From Minisyncoccota bacterium (lineage in GTDB: Bacteria > Patescibacteriota > Minisyncoccia > Phycocordibacterales > Phycocordibacteraceae), in the NCBI GenBank assembly GCA_035548315.1, contig DASZTF010000044.1, forward strand, positions 31,484 through 95,483: a stretch of 64,000 bases of DNA, given 5' to 3'. The position numbers and the translations under genes are program-made. The notes beneath the pieces are model-generated. The model was not told the origin of the DNA. It was given only the letters and a program-made list of their open reading frames with translations, and ran no database searches. Of this stretch, positions 1 to 8,225 are shown piece after piece. Positions within the stretch are counted from its first letter, which is position 1, and each line of letters opens with the position of its first letter.

Positions 1-443
1 AAGCAGGAAATAACTTCGCGCAGCGCACTCGATTCGACGAACGAGTCGGCGTCGAGACAGCCCACGAGTTCAGCGCTCGTCGCTGCGATGCCTGCGTTGA
101 GCGCGGTATGCTTGCCGCCGTTTTCTTTACGGATGATCTTCACCTGCGGATTATCCGCGAACGCTGCCATCGCCGCGGGCGTGCCATCGGTCGAGCCATC
201 GTCCACGAGCACTACTTCGAGTTTGTCTGTGGGGTAGTCGAGCGCGAGCGCGGACTTCACTGTGCCGGCGACGGTGTGCATTTCGTTGTAGCAGGGGATG
301 ATGATGGCGACCGTCGGCGTCTTGGCGGACGCGCCGCGCGCGCGCGCGCGGCGCGCGGGGGTCGAGAGGAACGTGAGCAGCACGAACGTCTCGAAGAAGA
401 TCGCGATAAAGAGAAACGGATATGCCAGTATCTGCGGCCCCAT
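1..443 (-). CDS. Family 2 glycosyltransferase (PgaC/IcaA/cellulose-synthase-like), N-terminal part, runs off window start
   Basis: Not in the ORF track. Manual translation from ATG 443: MGPQILAYPFLFIAIFFETFVLLTFL...VAIIIPCYNE...LDYPTDKLEVVLVDDGSTDGT...ENGGKHTALNAG...LDADS. This has an N-terminal TM helix, the GT2 motifs and DxD. TGnTATAAT lies upstream. Confidence 0.88.
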   Translation of the reverse strand, partial: MGPQILAYPFLFIAIFFETFVLLTFLSTPARRARARGASAKTPTVAIIIPCYNEMHTVAGTVKSALALDYPTDKLEVVLVDDGSTDGTPAAMAAFADNPQVKIIRKENGGKHTALNAGIAATSAELVGCLDADSFVESSALREVISC

Positions 444-482
444 AGTAGGGGTCATTATACCACAAATGCGGTACTTTTGGGC

Positions 483-1637
483 CTAGCGGATGGTGGCGGC
501 GAATTCGCTCACCGTGCGTTCCTCGAGCTGCTTGTGGAGCGCGTTCACCTCGTCATTGGTGAGTGTGCGCTCGAGCGAGCGGTAGGTGATGCGGTAGGCG
601 TAGCTCACGTTGCCCTCACCGAGCTTCGCTGCATTTTCATACTTGTCGAGGAGTGTCACATCTTCTGCCATATCGCCGAGCACGTCGCGCACGAGGTCGA
701 AGTAGTTGTTTGGGATGAAGTCGTTCTTCACGATGAATGAGATATCGCGTACCACGGGCGGATACTTGCTGACTTCTTTGTATTCTTGGCCGAGCACGAG
801 CTGCTTCTTGATGCGCTGGTCATCGCTCCAGAGGAGGCGGATGTCCGGGAGCGCCATCGAGATGATCGCGAGGCGCTCGATACCGAATCCGAATGCCCAT
901 CCGTGATATCCTTCCAAACCCAATTTAGAAAGCGTGGACTTTTTCGGCATACCGCTCCCGAGGATCTCGAGCCACTCGCCCTTTGCCGGGCCTTCTGCGG
1001 CCGTGCCCTTCACATTTACCTCCACCTCAAACGACGGGTCGGTGTACGGGAAAGTGTCGGCGTTTACACGGAACTGCGTAGCCGGGCCGAACACCGAGTG
1101 CACAATATCGCCGAACACTTTCTTCAAGTCGTCCTCCGTAATCTCGACCGAATCAGGCGCGATATACCACGCACCCATCTGGTGGAAGATGTTCATATGG
1201 CGACTGTCTATTTCGTCCTTGCGGTAGACCTTGCCGTAGCAGAGCGCACCCATCGACTTTCCGCGTGCGATGCGTTCCTTGATCTCGGGCTGGCTCAGGT
1301 AGTAGTACCAGAACACCGTGTCGTGGGTGCGCAGCGCGTTTTCCTCGTCCACGAAGTAGGTGTCCGACGTACTGCGTGCTGGGTGGTCGGGTGGGAAGTC
1401 GAAGAGGTCGAAGAGGATAGACGAGGGGACGATTTCCGGGATCTCGATGTCGTCGAATCCGACGAATGACGGGGCAGCTTTGACCCGCTGGACTATTTCA
1501 TACAGCGGCGAGCCCGGGGTGCGGGAGAGGTCCGGCATAGCGAGGTACCGCTTCATGCGGGCAGCATCAAAGTCCGTGCGGGCTTCAAGCTCCTTCCGGA
1601 GACGCATTTCGTCGGTCCTATCGATTTTGATGTCCAT
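483..1637 (-). CDS. pheS: Phenylalanine-tRNA ligase, single-chain type (alpha catalytic domain fused to FDX-ACB anticodon-binding domain)
   Basis: HPARSTSDTYF, LRTH, GKVYRKDEIDSRH..FHQ, FPYTDPSFE, GWAFGFGIERL; C-terminal SKYPPVVRDISF...YRSLERTLT (FDX-ACB). Start placed at MDIKID, 7 nt after TGCTACACT. Confidence 0.95.
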   Translation of the reverse strand: MDIKIDRTDEMRLRKELEARTDFDAARMKRYLAMPDLSRTPGSPLYEIVQRVKAAPSFVGFDDIEIPEIVPSSILFDLFDFPPDHPARSTSDTYFVDEENALRTHDTVFWYYYLSQPEIKERIARGKSMGALCYGKVYRKDEIDSRHMNIFHQMGAWYIAPDSVEITEDDLKKVFGDIVHSVFGPATQFRVNADTFPYTDPSFEVEVNVKGTAAEGPAKGEWLEILGSGMPKKSTLSKLGLEGYHGWAFGFGIERLAIISMALPDIRLLWSDDQRIKKQLVLGQEYKEVSKYPPVVRDISFIVKNDFIPNNYFDLVRDVLGDMAEDVTLLDKYENAAKLGEGNVSYAYRITYRSLERTLTNDEVNALHKQLEERTVSEFAATIR

Positions 1638-1673
1638 GGTGCCGAGTGTAGCAGAAATGGGTATAGTGTGGCT

Positions 1674-2330
1674 ATGGAGAAGCATGTCTATTTCGTCCGA
1701 CACGGGGAGAGCAATAGCAACAAGGACGGTCTTTTGCGTGGCTCCGAATCCGGACTAACGGACGAAGGGAAGAAGCAAGCAGAAATCGTTGCCGCACGGG
1801 TCGGCCGTATTGGTGTGGATGCACTCATATCCAGTAAGTACGCTCGTACCTTAGATACAGCAGAAGCTATCGCGCGGGTAACGCGGCTTCAGGTCCAGAA
1901 GAGCGACCTTCTCGTCGAGTGGAGGCAGCCGAGCGCAATTATGGGCAAGCATAAGGATGACCCAATGGTCCGACAGATACACGCCGAAATACATGCTGGT
2001 CGCATGACTCCTGGGTACCGACATTCTGACGAAGAGTCCTTCAGCGACATGAAGGCTCGTGCCGTGGGTACACTTGAGCTGCTGCGCAATCATCCGAAAG
2101 ATCGTCTGTGCGTCGTTACGCACGGAATCTTCCTGCGTGTGCTTCTCGGCACTACGCTTCTTGGTGACCGATTTTCGGAACCTGACTTTCGCAACTTTAT
2201 GACACACCTACTTACTAGCAACACGGGGATCACATACGCTCGCTATCGTGATGATATTGGTTTCCGCGGGTATCCGACTGAATCAGGCTGGGAATTTATA
2301 TCCTGGAACGATGCAGCGCATCTTGGATGA
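1674..2330 (+). CDS. Histidine phosphatase (phosphoglycerate mutase-like) family protein
   Basis: YFVRHGES motif, SS..RT..TA, EESF, VVTHG, WND..HL. Confidence 0.9.
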   Translation: MEKHVYFVRHGESNSNKDGLLRGSESGLTDEGKKQAEIVAARVGRIGVDALISSKYARTLDTAEAIARVTRLQVQKSDLLVEWRQPSAIMGKHKDDPMVRQIHAEIHAGRMTPGYRHSDEESFSDMKARAVGTLELLRNHPKDRLCVVTHGIFLRVLLGTTLLGDRFSEPDFRNFMTHLLTSNTGITYARYRDDIGFRGYPTESGWEFISWNDAAHLG

Positions 2331-2331
2331 T

Positions 2332-2679
2332 ATGGATTACGTCACGCTCGAGCAGTTCAAGATAAGCGGCATACACGGGCACCATGCGCACGAGCGCGTG
2401 GTGGAGCAGGAGTTCCTGGTCTCGGTAAAAGTGGGATGCGATATCGTGGCAGCGGGGAAGTCAGACAAACTTCCCGACACAATTGATTTTGATTTTCTTC
2501 GATCTTCTATTGAAGAAGTGTTTAAGAATAGAAGCTATTACCTAGTAGAAGCGCTAGCAGAAGACATTGCTACTGCCATATTCACAGACGCCCGCGCAAA
2601 AGAAATTACTGTTGCTATTAAAAAGTTGGCCGTCTGGCCCGACGCGGTCCCGGGCGTGGTCATCACGCGCACAAGATAA
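2332..2679 (+). CDS. folB: Dihydroneopterin aldolase
   Basis: GIHG...ER..EQEF.V, AGKSDKL.DTIDF, LVEALAE.IA, V.IKK; starts 1 nt after the upstream stop. Confidence 0.85.
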   Translation: MDYVTLEQFKISGIHGHHAHERVVEQEFLVSVKVGCDIVAAGKSDKLPDTIDFDFLRSSIEEVFKNRSYYLVEALAEDIATAIFTDARAKEITVAIKKLAVWPDAVPGVVITRTR

Positions 2680-2683
2680 ATAA

Positions 2684-2902
2684 TAAAACCCCACTTACGT
2701 AGTGAGGTCGTGGAAGGTCTGCCGGTTCGGGTTTTTGCCCAAACCGGCATCCTTGGATGAGCCTGGCATCCTGGGGCTGTGCGGCTAGTTATCGGTGCGC
2801 TGCACCGTATCGGTCATCTCAATAGTCCCTCCCAAAAATCGTTCCATCTCCATGTCGAGACGGGGTATACAATTATATAGCATATACCTATAATATTGTC
2901 AA
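2684..2902 (-). other. Stand-alone small transcription unit (structured RNA and/or 10-22 codon peptide) divergent from gyrB
   Basis: Minus strand: TTGACA (2902-2897), TATATAAT box (about 2879-2872), GGGAGGGA SD, ATG 2817 MTDTVQRTDN-TAG, several hairpins, and hairpin + T run at 2708-2684. Confidence 0.5.
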
Positions 2903-2977
2903 TGCCTGGAAGCCAAGTTGTAGGGAAATGCACCCAGCGGGAGGCCCTCATTTGTGATAGAATATAGGTAAGAAACC

Positions 2978-5065
2978 ATGGCAAAAGGAGCTGAAAAAGA
3001 GCCTAAAAAGAAGGCTTCTAAAGACTACGATGCATCGAGCATTACCGTGCTCGAGGGCCTCGAGCCGGTCCGCAAGCGACCGGGCATGTACATCGGTACT
3101 ACGGGTCCCGATGGTCTCCACCACCTGATCTGGGAAATCTTTGATAACTCGCGCGACGAAGCGATGGGTGGTCACGCAGACGACATTGAAGTCGCGCTCC
3201 TGCCGGGCGGCTATGTGCGCGTCGCGGACAACGGCCGCGGTATCCCAGTCGGCATTCACCCCAAGACCAAGGTGAGCGCACTCGAGACCATCATGACCAC
3301 GCTCCACGCCGGCGGTAAGTTCGGCGGGGAAGATTCGGGCTACAAAGTCTCCGGTGGTCTCCACGGCGTGGGTGCCTCGGTAGTGAACGCACTTTCCACG
3401 CATGCGAAAGCAGTCGTCTACAAAGACGGCGGCATCCACAAGCAGGAATATAAAATTGGTAAGCCGATGGGCAAGGTGAAGCAGGTTGGGAAGTCGAAGC
3501 TCCACGGCTCGATCATCACGTTCCGTCCCGACGACACTATCTTTACCGATGGCGTGAAGTGGAACTGGGACAAGATCATCTCGCACCTGCGCCAGCAAGC
3601 GTACCTCGTGAAGGGTGTGCGCATTACGGTGATCGATGCACGCGAGAATACGCTCGCCGCAAATGAGGAGGATGTGTTCTACCTCCGCGAGCTCGCGCTT
3701 GAGGTGCCGTCGATGACGTTCTACTTCGAGGGTGGGCTCAAATCGCTTGTCGCATTCAACAACAAGCACCAGGAAGCGGTGCACAAGAATATTTTCTATG
3801 TCGACAAGGAAGCGGACGGTGTGATGGTGGAAGTCGCGCTCCAGTATGTGGACGACATCACGCCGCGCATTCTCGCGTTCGCGAACAATACGTACAACAG
3901 CGAGGGCGGTACGCACATCACCGGATTCAAGACGGCGCTCACGCGCTCGCTCAACACGTATGGCCGCAATGCCAACATCCTGAAAGAAAAAGATGAGAAC
4001 TTCACGGGAGACGACGTGCTTGAGGGCATCACGGCGGTGGTGTCGGTAAAACTCCCAGAGATTCAGTTTGAAGGTCAGACCAAAGCAAAGCTTGGTTCTG
4101 TGGAGGCACAGGGCGCGACTGCAACGGTGTTCGGCGAAGCATTCGCCGCATTCCTCGAAGAGAACCCGGATGATGCAAAGGCTATTGTGAACAAAGTGCT
4201 CCTCGCGCTCAAGGCGCGCAAGGCAGCAAAGGCCGCAAAGGATTCCGTGCTCCGTAAGGGTGCCCTCGAGGGCATGACGCTCCCGGGCAAGCTCGCGGAC
4301 TGCCAGGTGAAGGCGCCAAGCGAAGCAGAACTCTTCATCGTGGAGGGAGACTCCGCAGGTGGCACGGCCAAGACCGGCCGCGATCGCCGCACGCAGGCGA
4401 TCCTCCCGCTGCGCGGTAAGATCCTCAATATCGAGCGCGCGCGTCTCGACCGCATGCTTGCATCGGAGCAGATTCGTAACCTCGTGGTCGCACTCGGCAC
4501 CGCGATCGGCGACGTGTTCGACCTCGAGAAGCTTCGCTATCACAAGATCATCATCGCGACCGACGCCGACGTGGACGGCGCACACATCCGCACGCTCCTC
4601 CTCACGCTCTTCTATCGCCACTTCCGCCCGATCCTCGATGGCGGATACATCTACATCGCGCAACCGCCGCTCTTCAAGATCATGAAGGGCAAGGATATCC
4701 GCTACGCGTACTCGGACGCTGAGCGCGATAAGGAGCTCAAGGACATGGGCGTCGCGGTGAATGAGGTCGCGATTGCAGAAGGAGGCGACGATCAGAGTGG
4801 CGAAGAAGGCGAGGCAGAAGCAGAGGAGACCACCGTTAAAAAAGCATCCAAAGTCCGCGTGCAGCGCTACAAAGGTCTCGGAGAAATGAACGCGTCGGAA
4901 CTTTGGGAGACCACGATGGACCCAGCGCGTCGCGTGCTGAAGCAGGTCACTATTGAAGACGCGCAGGACGCCGACCGCATGTTCGATGTGCTCATGGGGA
5001 ACGACGTCGCGAGCCGTAAGTCGTTCATCCAATCGAACGCGAAGCTCGCGAATCTTGATATTTAA
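2978..5065 (+). CDS. gyrB: DNA gyrase subunit B
   Basis: LEPVRKRPGMYIG, EIFDNS, DNGRGIP, LHAGGKF, EGDSAGG, PLRGKILN, TDADVDG, QRYKGLGEM. Confidence 0.98.
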   Translation: MAKGAEKEPKKKASKDYDASSITVLEGLEPVRKRPGMYIGTTGPDGLHHLIWEIFDNSRDEAMGGHADDIEVALLPGGYVRVADNGRGIPVGIHPKTKVSALETIMTTLHAGGKFGGEDSGYKVSGGLHGVGASVVNALSTHAKAVVYKDGGIHKQEYKIGKPMGKVKQVGKSKLHGSIITFRPDDTIFTDGVKWNWDKIISHLRQQAYLVKGVRITVIDARENTLAANEEDVFYLRELALEVPSMTFYFEGGLKSLVAFNNKHQEAVHKNIFYVDKEADGVMVEVALQYVDDITPRILAFANNTYNSEGGTHITGFKTALTRSLNTYGRNANILKEKDENFTGDDVLEGITAVVSVKLPEIQFEGQTKAKLGSVEAQGATATVFGEAFAAFLEENPDDAKAIVNKVLLALKARKAAKAAKDSVLRKGALEGMTLPGKLADCQVKAPSEAELFIVEGDSAGGTAKTGRDRRTQAILPLRGKILNIERARLDRMLASEQIRNLVVALGTAIGDVFDLEKLRYHKIIIATDADVDGAHIRTLLLTLFYRHFRPILDGGYIYIAQPPLFKIMKGKDIRYAYSDAERDKELKDMGVAVNEVAIAEGGDDQSGEEGEAEAEETTVKKASKVRVQRYKGLGEMNASELWETTMDPARRVLKQVTIEDAQDADRMFDVLMGNDVASRKSFIQSNAKLANLDI

Positions 5066-5068
5066 ATA

Positions 5069-5153
5069 AAACAAAACACCGCATTCACTCGGGACAGTAC
5101 GTCTTGGCCGAGCGGCCGTGAGCGCTGGCTCGAGGGGATGCGGTGTTTTGTTT
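5069..5153. terminator. Long inverted repeat / bidirectional terminator between convergent genes
   Basis: Perfect 16-bp arms aaacaaaacaccgcat (5069-5084) and atgcggtgttttgttt (5138-5153) enclose a further self-pairing interior. Confidence 0.65.
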
Positions 5154-5937
5154 AGCGGCGAACGTCGAAGCTCTTGGTGTCGGTGTTGTCGTTCTCGTTC
5201 GACTCGTTCACGTCGTGGTTAGCATCCACCGTGACCTTGAGGTCTTGGTTGTTGCCCACGTCGAGCTTACCGCGTGTGAAGTCGAGTGTAAGCGGGAGGG
5301 TGGCACCCGCTGCAAGCGACGGCTCGTCCTGGTCAAAGTCAAACGAGCGGTCGTTCTGCGTCGGGAAGACGACGCGGATGTTCCAGCTGCCAGTGGCATT
5401 CGTGCCGTTATTGGTCACAAGGATTTTTGCCACGAGCTCGTCGTCGGAGTTCATGGAATCATCGGAGACGAAGCGGCCGCTGCGATCGAGGTAGCCGATG
5501 TCGGTAATCTTTACGGTGAGATTCGCGAGTCCGTAATTGGAGACGGGGATCTGTACCGGGGTCGAGCCCGGCACGTAGTACGGGTACGCGATGGTCTGGT
5601 AGTACGTCTGCTGATACTGCGCGCTACCAGCGTTTGCGGTCTGCGTCGTTACGGGCGCTGCAGGCTCAGCGGGCGGGACCGTGTAGGAAGTCGTCGTCGC
5701 CGTGGTGGTAGCAGTGACGGTCTGCGTCGTGTCGAACGAAAGAGAGGTCGACGGCACGGTGGTGAGGGAGTTGTCGGTCGGGGTGCTGTTCGTAAAGGCA
5801 AGCGGAATGTAGCGCGCTGCCCAGATGGCGAGCACGATACCGATAAGAATGAGGGCGATGAACCCGACAACGGCAAGCGTGCCCACCGCGGTGCTGCGGC
5901 CGTGGGTCTTTTCCGTCGTAATCGTGGTTTGCTGCAT
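5152..5937 (-). CDS. Membrane-anchored protein with Thr/Pro-rich linker and C-terminal CARDB/Ig-like domain
   Basis: N-terminal TM (AVVGFIALILIGIVLAIWA), T-rich linker, V.N.GT..TG.W, SLAAG, VTVDANHDVNESNENDN (CARDB-like ending). Confidence 0.75.
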   Translation of the reverse strand: MQQTTITTEKTHGRSTAVGTLAVVGFIALILIGIVLAIWAARYIPLAFTNSTPTDNSLTTVPSTSLSFDTTQTVTATTTATTTSYTVPPAEPAAPVTTQTANAGSAQYQQTYYQTIAYPYYVPGSTPVQIPVSNYGLANLTVKITDIGYLDRSGRFVSDDSMNSDDELVAKILVTNNGTNATGSWNIRVVFPTQNDRSFDFDQDEPSLAAGATLPLTLDFTRGKLDVGNNQDLKVTVDANHDVNESNENDNTDTKSFDVRR

Positions 5938-6048
5938 ATAGAGGGTATTTACCACACGCTGTATTATTTGTCAAATTGGCCGCTTTGTGCCCGAATGTGG
6001 GGCCTATTGACAAAGTCAGTTTAGTAGTGTATTTATATCTAAGATTAT

Positions 6049-6723
6049 ATGAGCGCAGTAAATGCAGCCGTACGACTCGTACGTGCCGCCCAGCATGCCT
6101 GGGCGGCCCGTTTCCAGTTCCTCGTGACGTTCACGGGGGTGCTGTTCGTGACGCTCTCGGTGCTCATCTGGCTCGATTGGGTACCAGACGCTCCGGCTGC
6201 AACCACGCCCGTACCGACGACCCTCTCTGAGCTCCAGTCGCCGGACGCGGTGCAGGCCTTTGTATCACTCTCGGGCGAAGATCCGGTGAAGATCACCGCG
6301 CCGGCAATCGGGCTCTCGGCCACGATCAGCAACCCCACGACGACCAATGTCGAGGCACTCGACCAGTACCTGCTTACGGGCGCGGTGCGATACCCGACGT
6401 CGGCGCTGCTTGGGCAGAATGGGAACATGATCCTGTTTGGCCACTCGAGCTACCTGCCTATAGTGCACAACCAGGCGTACAAGACGTTCGATGGCATCCA
6501 GAATTTGAAGCAGGGTGATCTCATCACGGTCTCTTCATCCGGTCGCGCTTATACCTACAGTGTGGACACCGTGGCGCAGGAGAATGTATCGACTGGGGCC
6601 ATCCCGCTCACGAACGACGGCAAGCAGCACCTGACGCTCGCGACGTGTGACTCGTTCGGCACGAAGTCAGACCGGTTCGTCGTCATGGCGACCCTTGTAG
6701 AAAGCCACGCGCTCTCGAACTAA
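6049..6723 (+). CDS. Sortase (transpeptidase)
   Basis: N-terminal TM; catalytic triad motifs ILFGHSS (His), LTLATCD (Cys), SDRFVV (Arg); also F..I..LK.GD.I.V. Confidence 0.92.
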   Translation: MSAVNAAVRLVRAAQHAWAARFQFLVTFTGVLFVTLSVLIWLDWVPDAPAATTPVPTTLSELQSPDAVQAFVSLSGEDPVKITAPAIGLSATISNPTTTNVEALDQYLLTGAVRYPTSALLGQNGNMILFGHSSYLPIVHNQAYKTFDGIQNLKQGDLITVSSSGRAYTYSVDTVAQENVSTGAIPLTNDGKQHLTLATCDSFGTKSDRFVVMATLVESHALSN

Positions 6724-6832
6724 CGTTCGAGGTCGTGTGGGTTTCTGCAAACAATAGTGTTTGTAGGGACAACGGTGATGCTTCTGTGCAAACAGGAGGG
6801 CATCATGGTCTTCAAATGGAAGGGAACACGTC

Positions 6833-8098
6833 ATGTCTGAAGACAATCATGGGCCTCCGTCACAAGAGGCACACGAACAAGTGATCAATGAGCGTAACGA
6901 TGCTCGCACAAAACTCGAGCAGACGAAACGCGAGCTCAACGATAGCCGCCAGAAAACTCGCGACGAGGAGATCGCGCATAACGCCACCAGAACGGAGCGC
7001 GATGCGCAAAAGACTCGCGCAGCAAACTGGCGCGTCGTCGCGTTCATCGCCGCGATCGCCGCGTTGCTGTTCGCCATCGGCCTCGCGCTGTGCATGTTCC
7101 GTTCGTGCCAGTATTCGACGCCCGTTGCGGCGCCGGAGACCATCACGTTCCCGAACAGCTCATCCGATCCATCGGCGGACGCCGGCAAGCAGTGCATCAA
7201 GCAGCAACTGAAGCTGCTCGGCTCAGCGCGTGTCGACGCAGTGAAGGAAGCGAGGGATTTGTACGGCGGCACTTCCGCCGGGCGCGAATTCGTCGACTAC
7301 GTCACCAAGAACCCGGATGGCGACCCCAAGAAGGGGATGCTCAAGGGTCTCGCGACCCTCGGACAGCGCATCGCATGGAACTTCACCGCCAGCAACGGCG
7401 AAGGGTTCCATCTCGACGACAAGCGGAAGGTCTGCATCTGCCACGATTGGCATCATGCGCACACCAAACCGCCGGCGCCTCCGGTCACACACACCATCTG
7501 GCAGCACACCGAGATTCAAAACCTCGGCAACGGCTGCGCCACGATCGACATCACCAACCTGTTCTTCGCCGGTGAGTACGTCCGAGTGCCGGACGGGCAG
7601 GGTGGTGTGGAAACCGCGCAGGTGAAGCACGGCGAGTTGCACTTCGGCTACGACACTGCCGATGGACCGCTCCCGCCTCATTTGTGCGGCACGATCCAGC
7701 AGGGTCACGGCTCGATCGAGAACTGGTATAACAGCCTGTGCTCGGCGAACTGCAAACCGCTCGCTGACTACATCTTCAACATGCTGGATGCCATGCCGGA
7801 GGAACCGCGCCGTATTTTCACCGTCGAAATTGTTGACGGTCATATACGGCTCACGGCGCCGATGGCGATCATCCGCAAAGTGATGTACTTCTGCTACTCG
7901 TTCACGTTGACCGATGGCAGACGCTTCGAGACGCGGTTCTTCTACCTGACTCCTCCGGGCAGACGCCCAGGCGAGTCAGGCGCAGGGAACTTCGTCTCCT
8001 GGGGCCGGTCCATGCACGTGACGCTCAACGCAGCGCGCTGGCCTATGGACTGGCGTCACGACGCGCCGGATGACGATCACTACCTTCACGTCCAGTAA
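6833..8098 (+). CDS. Hypothetical single-pass membrane protein: N-terminal coiled coil, TM, Cys-rich C-terminal region
   Basis: 421 aa ORF with charged heptad N-terminus, hydrophobic VVAFIAAIAALLFAIGLALCMF and about 10 Cys; followed by a terminator. Confidence 0.7.
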   Translation: MSEDNHGPPSQEAHEQVINERNDARTKLEQTKRELNDSRQKTRDEEIAHNATRTERDAQKTRAANWRVVAFIAAIAALLFAIGLALCMFRSCQYSTPVAAPETITFPNSSSDPSADAGKQCIKQQLKLLGSARVDAVKEARDLYGGTSAGREFVDYVTKNPDGDPKKGMLKGLATLGQRIAWNFTASNGEGFHLDDKRKVCICHDWHHAHTKPPAPPVTHTIWQHTEIQNLGNGCATIDITNLFFAGEYVRVPDGQGGVETAQVKHGELHFGYDTADGPLPPHLCGTIQQGHGSIENWYNSLCSANCKPLADYIFNMLDAMPEEPRRIFTVEIVDGHIRLTAPMAIIRKVMYFCYSFTLTDGRRFETRFFYLTPPGRRPGESGAGNFVSWGRSMHVTLNAARWPMDWRHDAPDDDHYLHVQ

Positions 8099-8116
8099 CA
8101 CGGACACCTTGATGGG

Positions 8117-8154
8117 GGGTGGCGGGCAGCGATTGCTCGCCGCCCACCCTTTTT
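8117..8154 (+). terminator. Intrinsic terminator
   Basis: gggtggcgggca/tgctcgccgccc stem followed by a T run. Confidence 0.7.
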
Positions 8155-8225
8155 GTACGCTGTGCCTTAGAGGCATGGCAGGGGCATTTATTTAACCAGT
8201 GCGTTACCAGCATTACTCAACATCT

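Noticed and set aside
151-465. 104-aa minus-strand ORF in the track
   Set aside because: Wrong frame; the glycosyltransferase reads in another frame from 443 and runs off the window
2948-5074. Long antisense ORFs (also 22899-24851, 36708-38021, 39450-41960, 9048-10322)
   Set aside because: Shadow frames of high-GC3 genes on the opposite strand, with no independent motifs
5069-5153. Inverted repeat as a MITE or tRNA-like element
   Set aside because: Single copy in the window, no target-site duplication or T-loop consensus; position between convergent genes fits a terminator
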